Shown here in pieces: positions 46,770 through 57,618 of a stretch of 64,000 nucleotides of DNA. The stretch is from Candidatus Cloacimonadales bacterium (GTDB lineage: Bacteria > Cloacimonadota > Cloacimonadia > Cloacimonadales > JAIOQZ01), in the NCBI GenBank assembly GCA_963662655.2, contig CAXXTU010000002.1, forward strand, positions 864,001 to 928,000, written 5' to 3'. The notes below the pieces were generated by a model. That model did not search any database and was not told the DNA's origin. It saw nothing but the letters and a program-made list of their open reading frames with translations. Position numbers and translations under genes: made by a program. Position 1 is the stretch's first letter. Each line of letters begins with the position of its first letter.

Positions 46770-49481
46770 GTGATAAAAATGCCATTGAAGCTTCTTTATG
46801 TAGATGACGACCCGGAGATGAGGGCAATTGTCGGTGAAATGATGGAATCTCTGGCAGAAACCGTACTCCTCGCCGAGAACGGGCAGGAGGGTCTGGAACT
46901 CTATCATCAGCATCAACCGGACCTGGTGGTGACAGATATCCGAATGCCTGTGATGAACGGCCTGGAAATGATCCGCCGCATCCGCAAGGAAACGCAGGAA
47001 GCACGCTTCATCCTGATGTCGGCACACGAAGAAACGGACATCTTCCTTTCGGCTATTGACATCGGCGTCAATGGCTTCCTCATCAAACCTATCAATGGCA
47101 AGAAACTTGAGTCACTCATCCGCGAGATAGGAAAATCCGCAATACTGGAGAAGCAACTCCGCATCGAGGAACACCAGCGCATTCAGATGCAGAAAGCCCT
47201 CTATCAGAGCGAGCAGCGTCTGCAGATGGCTACCCAGGCCGGACGCGTCGGCGTATGGGAGTGGGATGTGGAAGCTAAGGAAATCTACTTCTTCCCCACC
47301 CTCAAAATGATCCTCGGGCTCCAGGAAAACGATATCGCGTACAAGATAGACAAACTGAGCGACTACCTGCCGGCATACGGCGCGAAAAGCTTCCTCCAGG
47401 CCGGATACGACCATCTGGAAGGGAAGCTGGATCAGCTTGAAATAGAAGAGCGCTTATTATATCCCAACGGCTTGATGCGTTGCGTACTCTTCCGCGGAAA
47501 AGCGCTTTATGACGACAAGGGCATTCCTACCAAAATCATAGGAACGGGAACCGATATTACTCAGCTCCGAATGATCGAAGACAATCTGAAGAATGAAAGA
47601 AACCTCTTCATGCAGGGCCCCGTCGTAATTCTCAGATGGGACAAGAACAATTCGGGCATGCAGCTCGAATACGTCTCGCCCAATTGCGAAGACATCATCG
47701 GATTCTCAAAGAAACAAATCCTATCGGAAGCGGGGGGTTTCGACAATCTCATCCACATGAGCGATCGCAAACGCGTGCAAGAGGAGCGCGAGTACTTCTT
47801 CTCCAAGCCCAACATCATGAATTTCGAGCATGAGCCGTTCAGGATCGTGCACATTGAGGGCGATGTGATTTGGGTGAAGATGTACATCACGATCATCCGC
47901 AACAAGCAAGGCGAATTCACCAACCTGCTCGGCTACGTCGTCGATATCACCGACCAGAAGCGATACGAGCAGGAGCTGCGAATCGCCAAGGATCAGGCGG
48001 AACGCGCCGCTACGGCCAAGAGCGAGTTCCTCGCCAATATGAGCCACGAAATCCGCACCCCCATGAACGCAGTCCTCGGCTTTGCCGAGCTCCTCGATTC
48101 GCTGGTGACCGACGAACGCCAGCGAAGTTACCTTCAATCAATCAAATCCAGCGGCAAGAATCTTCTAACGCTGATCAACGATATCCTCGACCTTTCCAAG
48201 ATTGAAGCCGGGAAACTGGAGCTCCAGTTCGAACCGGTGAGTCTCTACTCCCTCTTCGACGAGATCCGGCACATTTTTAACGTGAAGATTCAGGAGAAGG
48301 GCATCCAACTGTTGATCAACATCGACAGCGAGATACCCAAGAACCTCCTTCTCGACGAGGTACGTTTGCGACAGATCCTTTTCAACCTGATCGGTAACGC
48401 CGTAAAATTTACCGACCGCGGTCACATCAGCCTTTCAGCCGAAAAGCGTTCGGAAAGCGCCGACGGCAGCAAGATCGATCTCGTCTTCGAGATCGAAGAC
48501 ACCGGAATCGGTATTCCTATCGAATCCATCGAGAAGATATTCGAATCGTTCCGGCAACAGGACGGCCAGAGCACGAAGAAGTACGGCGGTACCGGCCTCG
48601 GCCTGACCATCACGAAACGGCTCGTCGAGATGATGAACGGAAGAATCGCCGTACGGAGCGTCCTGAACAAGGGCTCCGTATTCGAGATCGTGTTCAGCGA
48701 CGTCGCGGTATCCTCGAAGGTTGCGAAGACGAAGCGCGAGGATCTATTCGATCCCGACAATATCGCCTTCAAGCCGGCAATGGTTCTGATTGTCGACGAC
48801 ATCGAGAACAACCGTAATCTGGTTAAGGAATTCCTCCTGAATCAACCGCTGACGATTATCGAGGCGGAGGATGGCCAGAAGGCGATCGAAATGGCCAGGG
48901 AATACAAGCCGAAGATCATTTTTATGGACATCAGGATGCCCGTCATGAATGGTGATGAGGCTACGGAGATTTTGAAAAACGATGAAGAGACGAAGGATAT
49001 CAAAGTTATCGCGCTAACGGCTTCCGTGATGAAAAAAGACATTGATCAGATCATGGAGAAGGGCTTCGACTCCTTCCTGAGAAAGCCGGTGCAGCGCCTC
49101 GATCTCCTTAGAGAGCTTTCCCTGCACATCGAGAGCGATCAAACCGACATCGAAGAGCTGGATGTGCCGGAAGAACCGGCAATCTCCCTGGACGACATAG
49201 AGAACCTTCCCGAGAAGCTCGAAGAAATGAAGGAGAAATTCCTCAAGAAATTCGCGTCTGCACAGGCAAGCGGAGATATCGACGAGATCAGTATTTTCGC
49301 CGATCAGCTTCTCGAATACTCCTCCGAAGCGGAGATTCCCCCGGTGGAAGTGTTTGCCAGACAGCTCAAGACACATGTGAACAACTTTGATATCGAACGA
49401 ATGAACAATCTGTTCCAACGCTTTCCAGTATTATTCGAAGAGCTTGAACAAACCTGTAAGGACAGCGGAGGTAGCGAATGA
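46770..49481 (+). CDS. Hybrid sensor histidine kinase (REC-PAS-PAS-HisKA-HATPase-REC)
   Basis: AGGAG before the GTG at 46770; DIRMP receivers; FLANMSHEIRTPMN; GGTGLGL. Confidence 0.93.
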   Translation: MIKMPLKLLYVDDDPEMRAIVGEMMESLAETVLLAENGQEGLELYHQHQPDLVVTDIRMPVMNGLEMIRRIRKETQEARFILMSAHEETDIFLSAIDIGVNGFLIKPINGKKLESLIREIGKSAILEKQLRIEEHQRIQMQKALYQSEQRLQMATQAGRVGVWEWDVEAKEIYFFPTLKMILGLQENDIAYKIDKLSDYLPAYGAKSFLQAGYDHLEGKLDQLEIEERLLYPNGLMRCVLFRGKALYDDKGIPTKIIGTGTDITQLRMIEDNLKNERNLFMQGPVVILRWDKNNSGMQLEYVSPNCEDIIGFSKKQILSEAGGFDNLIHMSDRKRVQEEREYFFSKPNIMNFEHEPFRIVHIEGDVIWVKMYITIIRNKQGEFTNLLGYVVDITDQKRYEQELRIAKDQAERAATAKSEFLANMSHEIRTPMNAVLGFAELLDSLVTDERQRSYLQSIKSSGKNLLTLINDILDLSKIEAGKLELQFEPVSLYSLFDEIRHIFNVKIQEKGIQLLINIDSEIPKNLLLDEVRLRQILFNLIGNAVKFTDRGHISLSAEKRSESADGSKIDLVFEIEDTGIGIPIESIEKIFESFRQQDGQSTKKYGGTGLGLTITKRLVEMMNGRIAVRSVLNKGSVFEIVFSDVAVSSKVAKTKREDLFDPDNIAFKPAMVLIVDDIENNRNLVKEFLLNQPLTIIEAEDGQKAIEMAREYKPKIIFMDIRMPVMNGDEATEILKNDEETKDIKVIALTASVMKKDIDQIMEKGFDSFLRKPVQRLDLLRELSLHIESDQTDIEELDVPEEPAISLDDIENLPEKLEEMKEKFLKKFASAQASGDIDEISIFADQLLEYSSEAEIPPVEVFARQLKTHVNNFDIERMNNLFQRFPVLFEELEQTCKDSGGSE

Positions 49482-50632
49482 ACGACGAGAAATACAGGTT
49501 GCTGTTAGTCGATGATGTGCCCAACAATATAATGGTGGCAGGTAACATCCTGCGGAAAGTGAATTACTCGATCGTCTTTGCGACAAACGGCCAGGAAGCT
49601 CTCAACCGGGTGAAGAAAAACGATTTCGACCTGATCCTCCTGGATATCATGATGCCGGAAATGGACGGCTTCGAGGTCTGCCGCCGATTGAAAAACGATC
49701 CCCGCACGCGCGACATTCCCATCATATTTCTGACGGCGAAAATGGACACGGAAAGCATCGTCGAAGCGTACGATGTGGGCGGTCAGGATTTTGTGACCAA
49801 GCCTTTCAACGAGACGGAGCTGCTCGCGAGAATCAAGGTTCATCTGGAACTTAGCAAATCGCACGAGAAGCTCAAAAACATGAACGATAAACTACAGCAC
49901 GAGATAAAAGAACGCCGGCAACTCGAGGAAGAAATCCGCAAGACGAACGAGGAACTCGAACAGCGTGTCAAAGTGCGTACGGTCGAGTTGAGCAATGAGA
50001 TCGATCAGCGCAAAAAGACAAGCGATGAACTCAAGAAAACCAATGACCGCCTGAATGACCTGATGTTCGAGATCATCCTCACCATGGCGCGACTCGTCGA
50101 GGTTCGCGATCCCTACACCGCCGGACATCAGCATCGCGTATGGCAACTCGCGCATGCAATCGCCAACGAAATGAAGCTCGAGAAAAGCAGCATCGACGCG
50201 CTCCGGGCAGCAGCAATCGTTCACGATCTCGGCAAGATGTATATTCCTAGTGAAATCCTCTCCAAGCCAGGAAAACTCGAACCAGTGGAGTACGAATTCC
50301 TGAAACTGCACCCAACCAAAGGATATGACATTCTGAAAGCGATCGATTTCCCCTGGCCGGTGGCGAAAATCGTTTACCAGCATCACGAACGTATCAATGG
50401 AGAAGGCTATCCTTTGGGGCTTACCGGAGACGAGATTCTCCCCGAGGCGAAAATCATCGCCGTCGCGGATGTCGTGGAGGCAATATCTTCCCATCGTCCC
50501 TACAGGCCGTCTTTAGGCACGGAGTTTGCACTGGAACAGATAAAAAAAGATAGAGGAACCGCTTTTGATCCGGATGTTGTCGATGCGTGCTTGAGGGTAT
50601 TCGAGAACGGCTTCAGTTTCGAAAAGCAATGA
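49478..50632 (+). CDS. Response regulator with HD-GYP cyclic-dinucleotide phosphodiesterase domain
   Basis: DIMMP receiver; RDPYTAGH, HDLGK, HHERINGEGYP, HRPYR. Confidence 0.93.
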   Translation: MNDEKYRLLLVDDVPNNIMVAGNILRKVNYSIVFATNGQEALNRVKKNDFDLILLDIMMPEMDGFEVCRRLKNDPRTRDIPIIFLTAKMDTESIVEAYDVGGQDFVTKPFNETELLARIKVHLELSKSHEKLKNMNDKLQHEIKERRQLEEEIRKTNEELEQRVKVRTVELSNEIDQRKKTSDELKKTNDRLNDLMFEIILTMARLVEVRDPYTAGHQHRVWQLAHAIANEMKLEKSSIDALRAAAIVHDLGKMYIPSEILSKPGKLEPVEYEFLKLHPTKGYDILKAIDFPWPVAKIVYQHHERINGEGYPLGLTGDEILPEAKIIAVADVVEAISSHRPYRPSLGTEFALEQIKKDRGTAFDPDVVDACLRVFENGFSFEKQ

Positions 50633-50646
50633 GGTAAAATTCATAT

Positions 50647-51528
50647 ATGAGCATGAACGAACCGAGTAAAATCGATATCACTGAGTTATTGAAGCAGGTC
50701 AATGGATCGTACATCTCAACGATCCGACAAAGCCTTATGGAGATTTTTCGCGTTATTAACGACCCCGGGACCAGCGCAAGGGATTTAACGGATATCATCG
50801 AGCACGATCCCCCACTCTGCGCGAAGGTCATACGCCTGGCTAATTCGGCGTATTTCGGAACACGCAGATACATAGACGAAATCAAGCAAGCCATTGTGTG
50901 GCTTGGATTCAACACGGTGAAAGAGCTGGCTCTGAGTCAGAAGATATGCGAACTCTTCCACGGCGCGGATCAGGTTATCGGGCATTATTCGCGGATGAAT
51001 CTCTGGAAGCACAGCGCAGCCGTCGCTTTGTGCGGCAAGATGATCTACCGTCGCGAGCTCAGGGACCCGGGTGAATCAGTCTATACCGCCGGATTATTGC
51101 ACGATATCGGAATCATTATTGAAGATCAGTTTCTTCACGAAGACTTTGCGAAGAACCTCCTCGAATCGGAAGAGAAAAAGGAAAATCTATACACGGTTGA
51201 ATTGAGAAACCAGGGTTTGACGCATCAGCGCTTGGGCTTTGCGATCACCGAGAACTGGGGTTTCCCCGAAACCCTCACCTTCGGAATCGGTTATCACCAT
51301 AATCCATTTGTCGCACAGCAGGGCAACAGGCAACTCAATCAGGTTCTTCACATCGCCAATTACATCTGCCAGAGGCTGGACATCGGCTACTCCGACGCGA
51401 TCTACTCCGAGCAGGATACCTACAACGAATGTCTGGGGAATCTGGGAATTGACGAAGTTTCGATCGAGCTTATCAGCGAAGACTTGATGAGCGAAATACT
51501 AAAAATGGAACAAAACGGGTGGTTTTAA
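50647..51528 (+). CDS. HDOD-domain protein
   Basis: DPPLCAKVIRLANSAYF, LWKHS, AGLLHDIG, WGFP. Confidence 0.9.
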   Translation: MSMNEPSKIDITELLKQVNGSYISTIRQSLMEIFRVINDPGTSARDLTDIIEHDPPLCAKVIRLANSAYFGTRRYIDEIKQAIVWLGFNTVKELALSQKICELFHGADQVIGHYSRMNLWKHSAAVALCGKMIYRRELRDPGESVYTAGLLHDIGIIIEDQFLHEDFAKNLLESEEKKENLYTVELRNQGLTHQRLGFAITENWGFPETLTFGIGYHHNPFVAQQGNRQLNQVLHIANYICQRLDIGYSDAIYSEQDTYNECLGNLGIDEVSIELISEDLMSEILKMEQNGWF

Positions 51529-51531
51529 AAA

Positions 51532-52870
51532 GTGGCTGAGAAAACGAAAGACCAAATCATTGACGAATTGAAACAGCGCGAAAGGCTTCTGGAAACCAAG
51601 CTCCGGCATTTGGGAAACGATCTGGCAATGACGCGCCACGAGTATGAAGTAGCTGCAAACAAATACATGGAACTGATGAAAAGCCTCGAGGCTACAAATG
51701 CTGAACTGGCCCGAAAGAACCAGTTGATTACCGACCAGAACTTCGAAATCCGCGAGCAGCGCAATGAGCTGAAAACGCAATACCGATTCCTCCAGATCCT
51801 GCTTGACGATATCCCAAATCCGATATTCTACAAGAATCGCAACGGCGTCTATATCGGCTGTAACAAGGCATTCAAATCGTTCTTTGGACGCAAAGAGGAA
51901 GAGATCATCGGCAGAACGGAATATGATTTCTTTTCATCGGATATCGCCGATTACTATACGGAGCAGGATCGTGAATTGATGGCGACCAGCGGTGTTCAAC
52001 GCTACGATGCCAAAGTGATGGATAAAAATGGGAATCTTCACGACATTCTATACAACAAGAACGTGTTCTACGATCTCGAAGGCCGCGTGGCGGGTATCAT
52101 TGGCGTCATGGAGGACAACACGGATGTTCGCGAGGCGAACAAAGCGCTGATCGATTCCGAACGGAATTTAAAAGAAGCGAACGCCGCCAAAGACAAATTC
52201 TTCTCGATAATCGCCCACGCCCTGAAGAATCCATTGAACGCATTGCTACTCACCAGCGAGTTCCTTTCTCAGAAACTCACCTCGTTACCTCCCGCAAAGC
52301 AGCAGAGTCTCATCGACAATATTACGGACTCTACCAAGCGTCTCTCCAACCTGCTGGAGGACCTCCTCACCTGGGCGCGTACGCAGGTTGGCAAAATGCC
52401 GTTCTTCCCCGAGCAAATCGATCTGTATCAGATTGCCGAGGAGTGCATCGAGTTGTACGAATCGAACATCCGCGAGAAGCTCATTGATCTGACGAACGAG
52501 CTGGAGCCGGGCGACTACGCGTACGCCGACAAGAACATGATTCGGACGGTCATCAGGAACTTCATTTCGAACGCGATCAAGTTCTCCTACCGCGGCGGAA
52601 AGGTAACGATCGCGCGATCCACGAGCGAAGATTACATCGAGCTTACGGTTGCTGACAAGGGGGTTGGTATTTCCGATGAAGACAAGAACAAGCTGTTCCG
52701 AATCGATACGCATTTCACTTCACGCGGGACGGAAAACGAGATTGGAACTGGCCTCGGCTTGCTGTTGTGTTGCGAATTCGCGCGATCAGAATCGGGGCAA
52801 CGTATCCGTGGAGAGTCAGGAGGGTGAAGGCAGCACCTTCAAAGTCATACTGCCGAGAAGGGAAATCTAA
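51532..52870 (+). CDS. PAS-domain sensor histidine kinase with a frameshift near the C-terminus
   Basis: KFFSIIAHALKNP, NAIKFS, GTGLGL; the terminal DQNRGNVSVESQEGEGSTF lies in another frame after ~52783. Confidence 0.85.
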
Positions 52871-54146
52871 TCCTGATCTTGTTCCTGTGACTTCCTGCGT
52901 CGCATCAATACAAGGCAATCTTCCATTCCGGCCTTACCCATAACGATATCTTCCGCAAGCGCCATGCAAGTGGGAGATCCGCAAGCGCTGCAATTCAATC
53001 CGGGCAATTTGGAATTGATTTCGTTGATCTGCTTCATCTTGTAGATAGCCTGCTTGATATCCGTATCGAGGCTGTGCATAGAGCGGGGGCTCGAGCGGCA
53101 ATATCCCGAACTTCCCATCAGCAAACAAGTCCATCAGGTAGGACTCATCGAGATTGCCAATTTTCTCGTTGGTCAGCGAGCGTTTGATACGGCTTGCAGC
53201 CACAAATGGGTCTTCTACATTCAAGTTCCCGCCTACGCATCCCTGGATGCAGTTCCAGCAGACGATATAATCGAAATTCTCGATCTGCTGGTTCTCGATG
53301 GCCGCAAGTATCCGTGTAACGTTTTTTACGCCACTCACCGCCATTGTTTTGATGCGCTTGTCCCCAACCTGATCCGATTTCATTCCGGAAATCGCCCAGG
53401 TGTGGCCGATGGACAGCGGGTTCGGTTTGCTTCATTCCGTTATCGGGGACAACGGAGAGTATTTTATTGTAAATATCCTTGATAGAGAACGCGCCTTCCT
53501 CGATCTGCTTGTAAGCAGCCTCCGGCTGATGTACGGCCGTCACATGCGCGATGCAGGGAACGATCTGGAAGATGCCGATTTCGTTTTCCTTGAGCCCTTT
53601 CTGCTCCATCGTTTTTTGCCTGTAGTAGCGTGATAAAATACTCATGGGAGCTTCGAGGGGAAGAATGTGATCGAGCAGAGAAGGGAAACGAACCTGGATC
53701 AATCGCACGACCGCCGGGCAACTACTCGAAATGAGCGGCCTGATATCCGGATTCCTATCGATGGTCTCGCGTACGAGGCGCAGCATCAGATCCGCTACTT
53801 CCGCTTCATCGGCCACTTCGTCGAATCCGAAATCCTTTACCGTGCTTCTCGCCTTTTCGTAGCCTATGTTTTCCTTGAACTGAGAAGCAAAGGCCGAGGA
53901 AAGAATCGCGATCTTGTACTTATACCCATGGATGATGTCCAGCGAATCGGCTTTGGGCTTCAACGCGTCGTACGGACAGGTCATGATGCATCGTCCGCAG
54001 TCGATGCATCGGTTTCCATCGATTCTCACTTTTCCATCTCGAACGCGGATCGCTTCTGTTGGGCAAACGCCCACGCAGTGCGTACATCCGGTGCATTTTT
54101 CCTTCACGATCTGAATCGCATGAAAATAATTCTCGGTATTTTCCAT
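52867..54146 (-). CDS. [FeFe]-hydrogenase-large-subunit-like FeS protein (2x4Fe-4S + H-cluster-like domain + FeS), two frameshifts
   Basis: CTGCTHC..CP, CIDCGRC..CP, SSSCPAV, VPCIAH, CWNCIQGCVGG and LPGLNCSACGSPTC spread across three overlapping frames (shifts near 53420 and 53087). Confidence 0.85.
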
Positions 54147-54156
54147 CTAACGGTCC

Positions 54157-54648
54157 CTAAAAGTAAATGATAACTTCTAACCTTGTATTCTCTCCCTTGG
54201 CGGAAACGATATGCATCACATCGGAGTTCTTCTTGATGTTCGGCAATCCCAGGCCGGCCCCGAAACCCATCTCGCGGACTTGCTCGTCGGCCGTTGACCA
54301 GCCGGGCGTCATGGCCTTGTCGAGGTTCTCGACACCTGGTCCCTGATCCTGAAGGATGATGTATACCCGATCACCGTAAATGTTCGCGGTGATCGTTCCA
54401 CCGTAGGAATGAGCGATTATGTTGATCTCTGCTTCGTATGAAGCGATCGCAACGCGCCGGAGGATTTTGGAATCCACTCCCAGCCGTTTCAATAATATCT
54501 TGATGTTCGCAGAGGCCTTTCCGCCGTTGACAAAGTCCCGCGCCTCGATCTCCAGATGATGAATCATCTCCGGTTCCGGAGAGGTTTCGAGAAATGTACG
54601 AGACTCCGTTTCGTCAATTCCTTCTGCGAAATGCCAGTACTCAGCCAT
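54157..54648 (-). CDS. Anti-sigma-factor-type Ser/Thr kinase (RsbT/W-like HATPase)
   Basis: YEAEINIIAH, DQGPG, GFGAGLGLPNIK. Confidence 0.88.
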   Translation of the reverse strand: MAEYWHFAEGIDETESRTFLETSPEPEMIHHLEIEARDFVNGGKASANIKILLKRLGVDSKILRRVAIASYEAEINIIAHSYGGTITANIYGDRVYIILQDQGPGVENLDKAMTPGWSTADEQVREMGFGAGLGLPNIKKNSDVMHIVSAKGENTRLEVIIYF

Positions 54649-54994
54649 CAATTTTGCAGCTCCGCAGCCCGGCATTGTAAAGTAATCCGCTTGTTTTATA
54701 CAACGTATAATGCGTTAGAACCAAAGGTAAATCCCTCTCCTCAGCCATTTCGATCAGCTCTTCCGCGGGACGTTTTCCACGTACGAAAACGATACCCAGA
54801 ACGTCGATCATATCCGAAAGACGAATTATCTGCGGATTGGTTAACCCCGTCAACAATAAAGTTGCTTCTTTTGTGCAGTGCAGGATATCGCTGATTAGAT
54901 CCGATCCAAACGCACATGATATTTCCTGTTCCAAATCGGTATTGGAAGTCAGGACTTCGCCGTCGAGCGCTTCTACAATGTCTTTAAGCTTCAT
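54641..54994 (-). CDS. DRTGG-domain protein
   Basis: GSDLISDIL..LLLTGL.NPQ..VFVRGK. Confidence 0.85.
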   Translation of the reverse strand: MKLKDIVEALDGEVLTSNTDLEQEISCAFGSDLISDILHCTKEATLLLTGLTNPQIIRLSDMIDVLGIVFVRGKRPAEELIEMAEERDLPLVLTHYTLYKTSGLLYNAGLRSCKIDG

Positions 54995-55014
54995 TGTCCT
55001 TCCTTTTCTTATCT

Positions 55015-55650
55015 TTAACGTTCGTCAAAACGTATAACGCCCCTCTTTTTCAGTGAGCAGATATTCGTTTCAAAACCGGAGAGTCTCTCAAAGAAATCCT
55101 CCAAAGAATTCGAGTTATCAATGGTCAAATCTGCTATTTTATTTTTTTTGTCAATATTCGTTTGCGACCTGATTCTATTTTTAACCGCCTCTTCATCGAG
55201 ACGATCTCTCTCGATGATTCTTCGAAGACGAATATCTTCATCAGCGATTACCAGCAATATAAAATCTACACAGGGGTCCAGCTTGCTTTCGAAGAGCAGC
55301 GGGATCTCGACAATCACGACATCATCATTCATCTGGTCGATGCGAGCTTGAAGCTCTTTACGGATTTCAGGATGCACGATTTGGGAAAGTTGGTCAAGCT
55401 TTTGTTGATCGCCGAAGACACATTCGCCCAGTTTTCTGCGATGAACCGTCCCATCTTCATTGAGGATGCCAGTTCCGAAAACCTTCGTCAGTTGCTCGAT
55501 CACAAACGGTTTCAGCAGCGCTTCATGCCCGAGGATGTCTGTCGATATCACCGGATACCCGCGTTCGGTGAACCACTTCGCAGCCAGGCTCTTGCCCGAA
55601 CCGATATTCCCGGTCAGCCCGATGATGAGCGGTCTGCTATCTCGTCTCAT
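55015..55650 (-). CDS. coaE: Dephospho-CoA kinase
   Basis: IGLTGNIGSGKS, IVHP, EIPLLFE. Confidence 0.95.
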   Translation of the reverse strand: MRRDSRPLIIGLTGNIGSGKSLAAKWFTERGYPVISTDILGHEALLKPFVIEQLTKVFGTGILNEDGTVHRRKLGECVFGDQQKLDQLSQIVHPEIRKELQARIDQMNDDVVIVEIPLLFESKLDPCVDFILLVIADEDIRLRRIIERDRLDEEAVKNRIRSQTNIDKKNKIADLTIDNSNSLEDFFERLSGFETNICSLKKRGVIRFDER

Positions 55651-56379
55651 CGGCCAGGACCTGAGCGAGTTTTTCCTTGGGAATGTCCGTATCGATCACG
55701 CCGTGCTTGGCGGTGGATATCTTCCCCGTCTCCTCCGAGACAACGATCGCCAGCGCGTCCGTTTCCTCCGTCGCGCCGATCGCAGCCAGGTGCCGTGTCC
55801 CGAACTTCTGTACGGCTTCGACATTCTGCGACAGCGGAAGAACCACTTTCACCGCGAGGATGCGGTCGTCGCGAAGGATCACCGCGCCATCGTGGAGGAC
55901 GGTTTTGCGATTGAAGATGGTCAGTAGGAGCTTCGCGCTGAGCTTCGCGTCGATCAATTCGCCGCTGCTGACGTAGTCGTTGAGCTTCTGTTTGCCTTCG
56001 ATGAGGATGAGCGCACCGGTTCTGCGGAAGGACATCGACATGATCGCTTCCTGAAGCGGCGAGTAGATGAACTTCTTGCGCGGCAGGAAGTAGGAATTGA
56101 TATTCTGATCGCCGAACTTCTTGATCATCTCGCGGATCTCAGGCTGGAAAATCACTACGAAGGCGATGAACCAGTAATCGCTGATGAGCTTGAAAATGGT
56201 CATCAGCTAAGTGTCATTTCGAGCATCACGGAAGCGAGATAGAGCACGAGAACCAGGAAGAAGCCGATCAGAATCTGATAGCCGCCGCGTCGCTTGAGCG
56301 CCTTCATCACACGATAGATAATCGCGCTTACAAGGAGGATGTCAATCACGTCTTTCAGGGTCGGGATAAAGAAATTCAT
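55637..56379 (-). CDS. cdaA: Diadenylate cyclase CdaA/DacA with a 1-nt frameshift near 56207
   Basis: The ATG at 56379 overlaps the folP stop and encodes DVIDILLV TM helices; the downstream frame has FQPEIR, LHDGA and GTRHLAA. Confidence 0.9.
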
Positions 56380-57575
56380 CTGGTTTCCTTTACGGCATCG
56401 AGCGTATCGATCAGCTCACGATGCTGTTTGACATCGTGTACGCGGACGATATCCACACCCGCGTTGTGAGCGAGGGATGTCGTCGCAAGGCTACCCATCA
56501 GGCGTTCTGCCGGATCGGATTCGTAGATTCTTCCGATGAAACTCTTTCGCGATGCGCCCAGTACGATGGGCAGACCGAAGGCCTTGAACTCGGAGAGCTT
56601 CTTCAGGATGATCAGGTTATCCTCGTGCCGCTTTCCAAAACCGATTCCCGGATCAAGAACGATGTTCGTCACGCCGCCTTGCTCGCAGTGGCGGATTCGC
56701 TCCTGAAAAAAGCCCATGATCTCCTCGATCGTGTCGCCGTACGACGGTTCCTTCTGCATATCGCGCGGTGTTCCCAGCATGTGCATGAGGATCGCGGGAA
56801 CATCTGGATATTCGGCAAGGCAAGCCGTCAATTCCGGGTCGAAACGCAGCGCGCTGATATCGTTGACGATGGACGCGCCTTTCTCGATGGCAGCTCTCGC
56901 CACCTCCGCCTTGGTCGTATCGACGGAGATGATCGTGTCCGGCCTGCGTTGCAGGATCTCCTCGATGACGGGCAGGATTCGCGCTTTCTCTTTTCCGGCG
57001 TCAACCGCCTCGGATCCTGGGCGCGTGGACTCCCCGCCGATATCGATGATATCCGCGCCGTCGTCCAGCATTTGCACCGCGTGATCGGCTGCAACGCGCG
57101 GGTCGACGAACGAACCACCGTCCGAGAAAGAATCGGGCGTGACATTGAGAATCCCCATGATGCGCACGCGTTCTAGCATAAGCGTTTGATTGCGACATTG
57201 AAGGCTTTTATCACATCTTCCAAGCTCCTGCTTGAGAAGCTTTTGCAGGCTAATGGATATCTCGGGCAATCCGAAGATAATTTGATGATCCAGTTTGCGA
57301 ACGAGCTTGCGAATTTTATCGGCATTCCCCAGCAGGATGACGTCGCTAACGGGAACTGTCCCGTTGACTACGCCGCGCGCCACGGCCGCGTCACCTCCAA
57401 CGGAGAGCATCTCCTGCTTTAGGATGTTCGCCGCGCCAAGACGTACGTTTGTCAGCTTGACGGCCATCTGCAACGCTTTTGGGGCCATCACTTCAACGCC
57501 CTGGCTGGAAACTTGAATTTTATGCAGTTCTCTTCGTGCATCCTCGATGCCGAGAATGGTCAGTTTTCGATTCAT
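56376..57575 (-). CDS. folP: Dihydropteroate synthase with N-terminal extension
   Basis: MGILNVTPDSFSDGG, GGESTRPG, DPGIGFGK, SRKSF, RVHDV. Confidence 0.96.
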   Translation of the reverse strand: MNRKLTILGIEDARRELHKIQVSSQGVEVMAPKALQMAVKLTNVRLGAANILKQEMLSVGGDAAVARGVVNGTVPVSDVILLGNADKIRKLVRKLDHQIIFGLPEISISLQKLLKQELGRCDKSLQCRNQTLMLERVRIMGILNVTPDSFSDGGSFVDPRVAADHAVQMLDDGADIIDIGGESTRPGSEAVDAGKEKARILPVIEEILQRRPDTIISVDTTKAEVARAAIEKGASIVNDISALRFDPELTACLAEYPDVPAILMHMLGTPRDMQKEPSYGDTIEEIMGFFQERIRHCEQGGVTNIVLDPGIGFGKRHEDNLIILKKLSEFKAFGLPIVLGASRKSFIGRIYESDPAERLMGSLATTSLAHNAGVDIVRVHDVKQHRELIDTLDAVKETR

Positions 57576-57618
57576 GTATTTCTGATTTCCTTGCAAATAT
57601 AATAATTGAAATTCAGCT

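Noticed and set aside
56200..56215. Selenocysteine or readthrough at the cdaA TGA (also at 35922)
   Set aside because: The coding sequence continues in a different frame, so a frameshift rather than readthrough is required.
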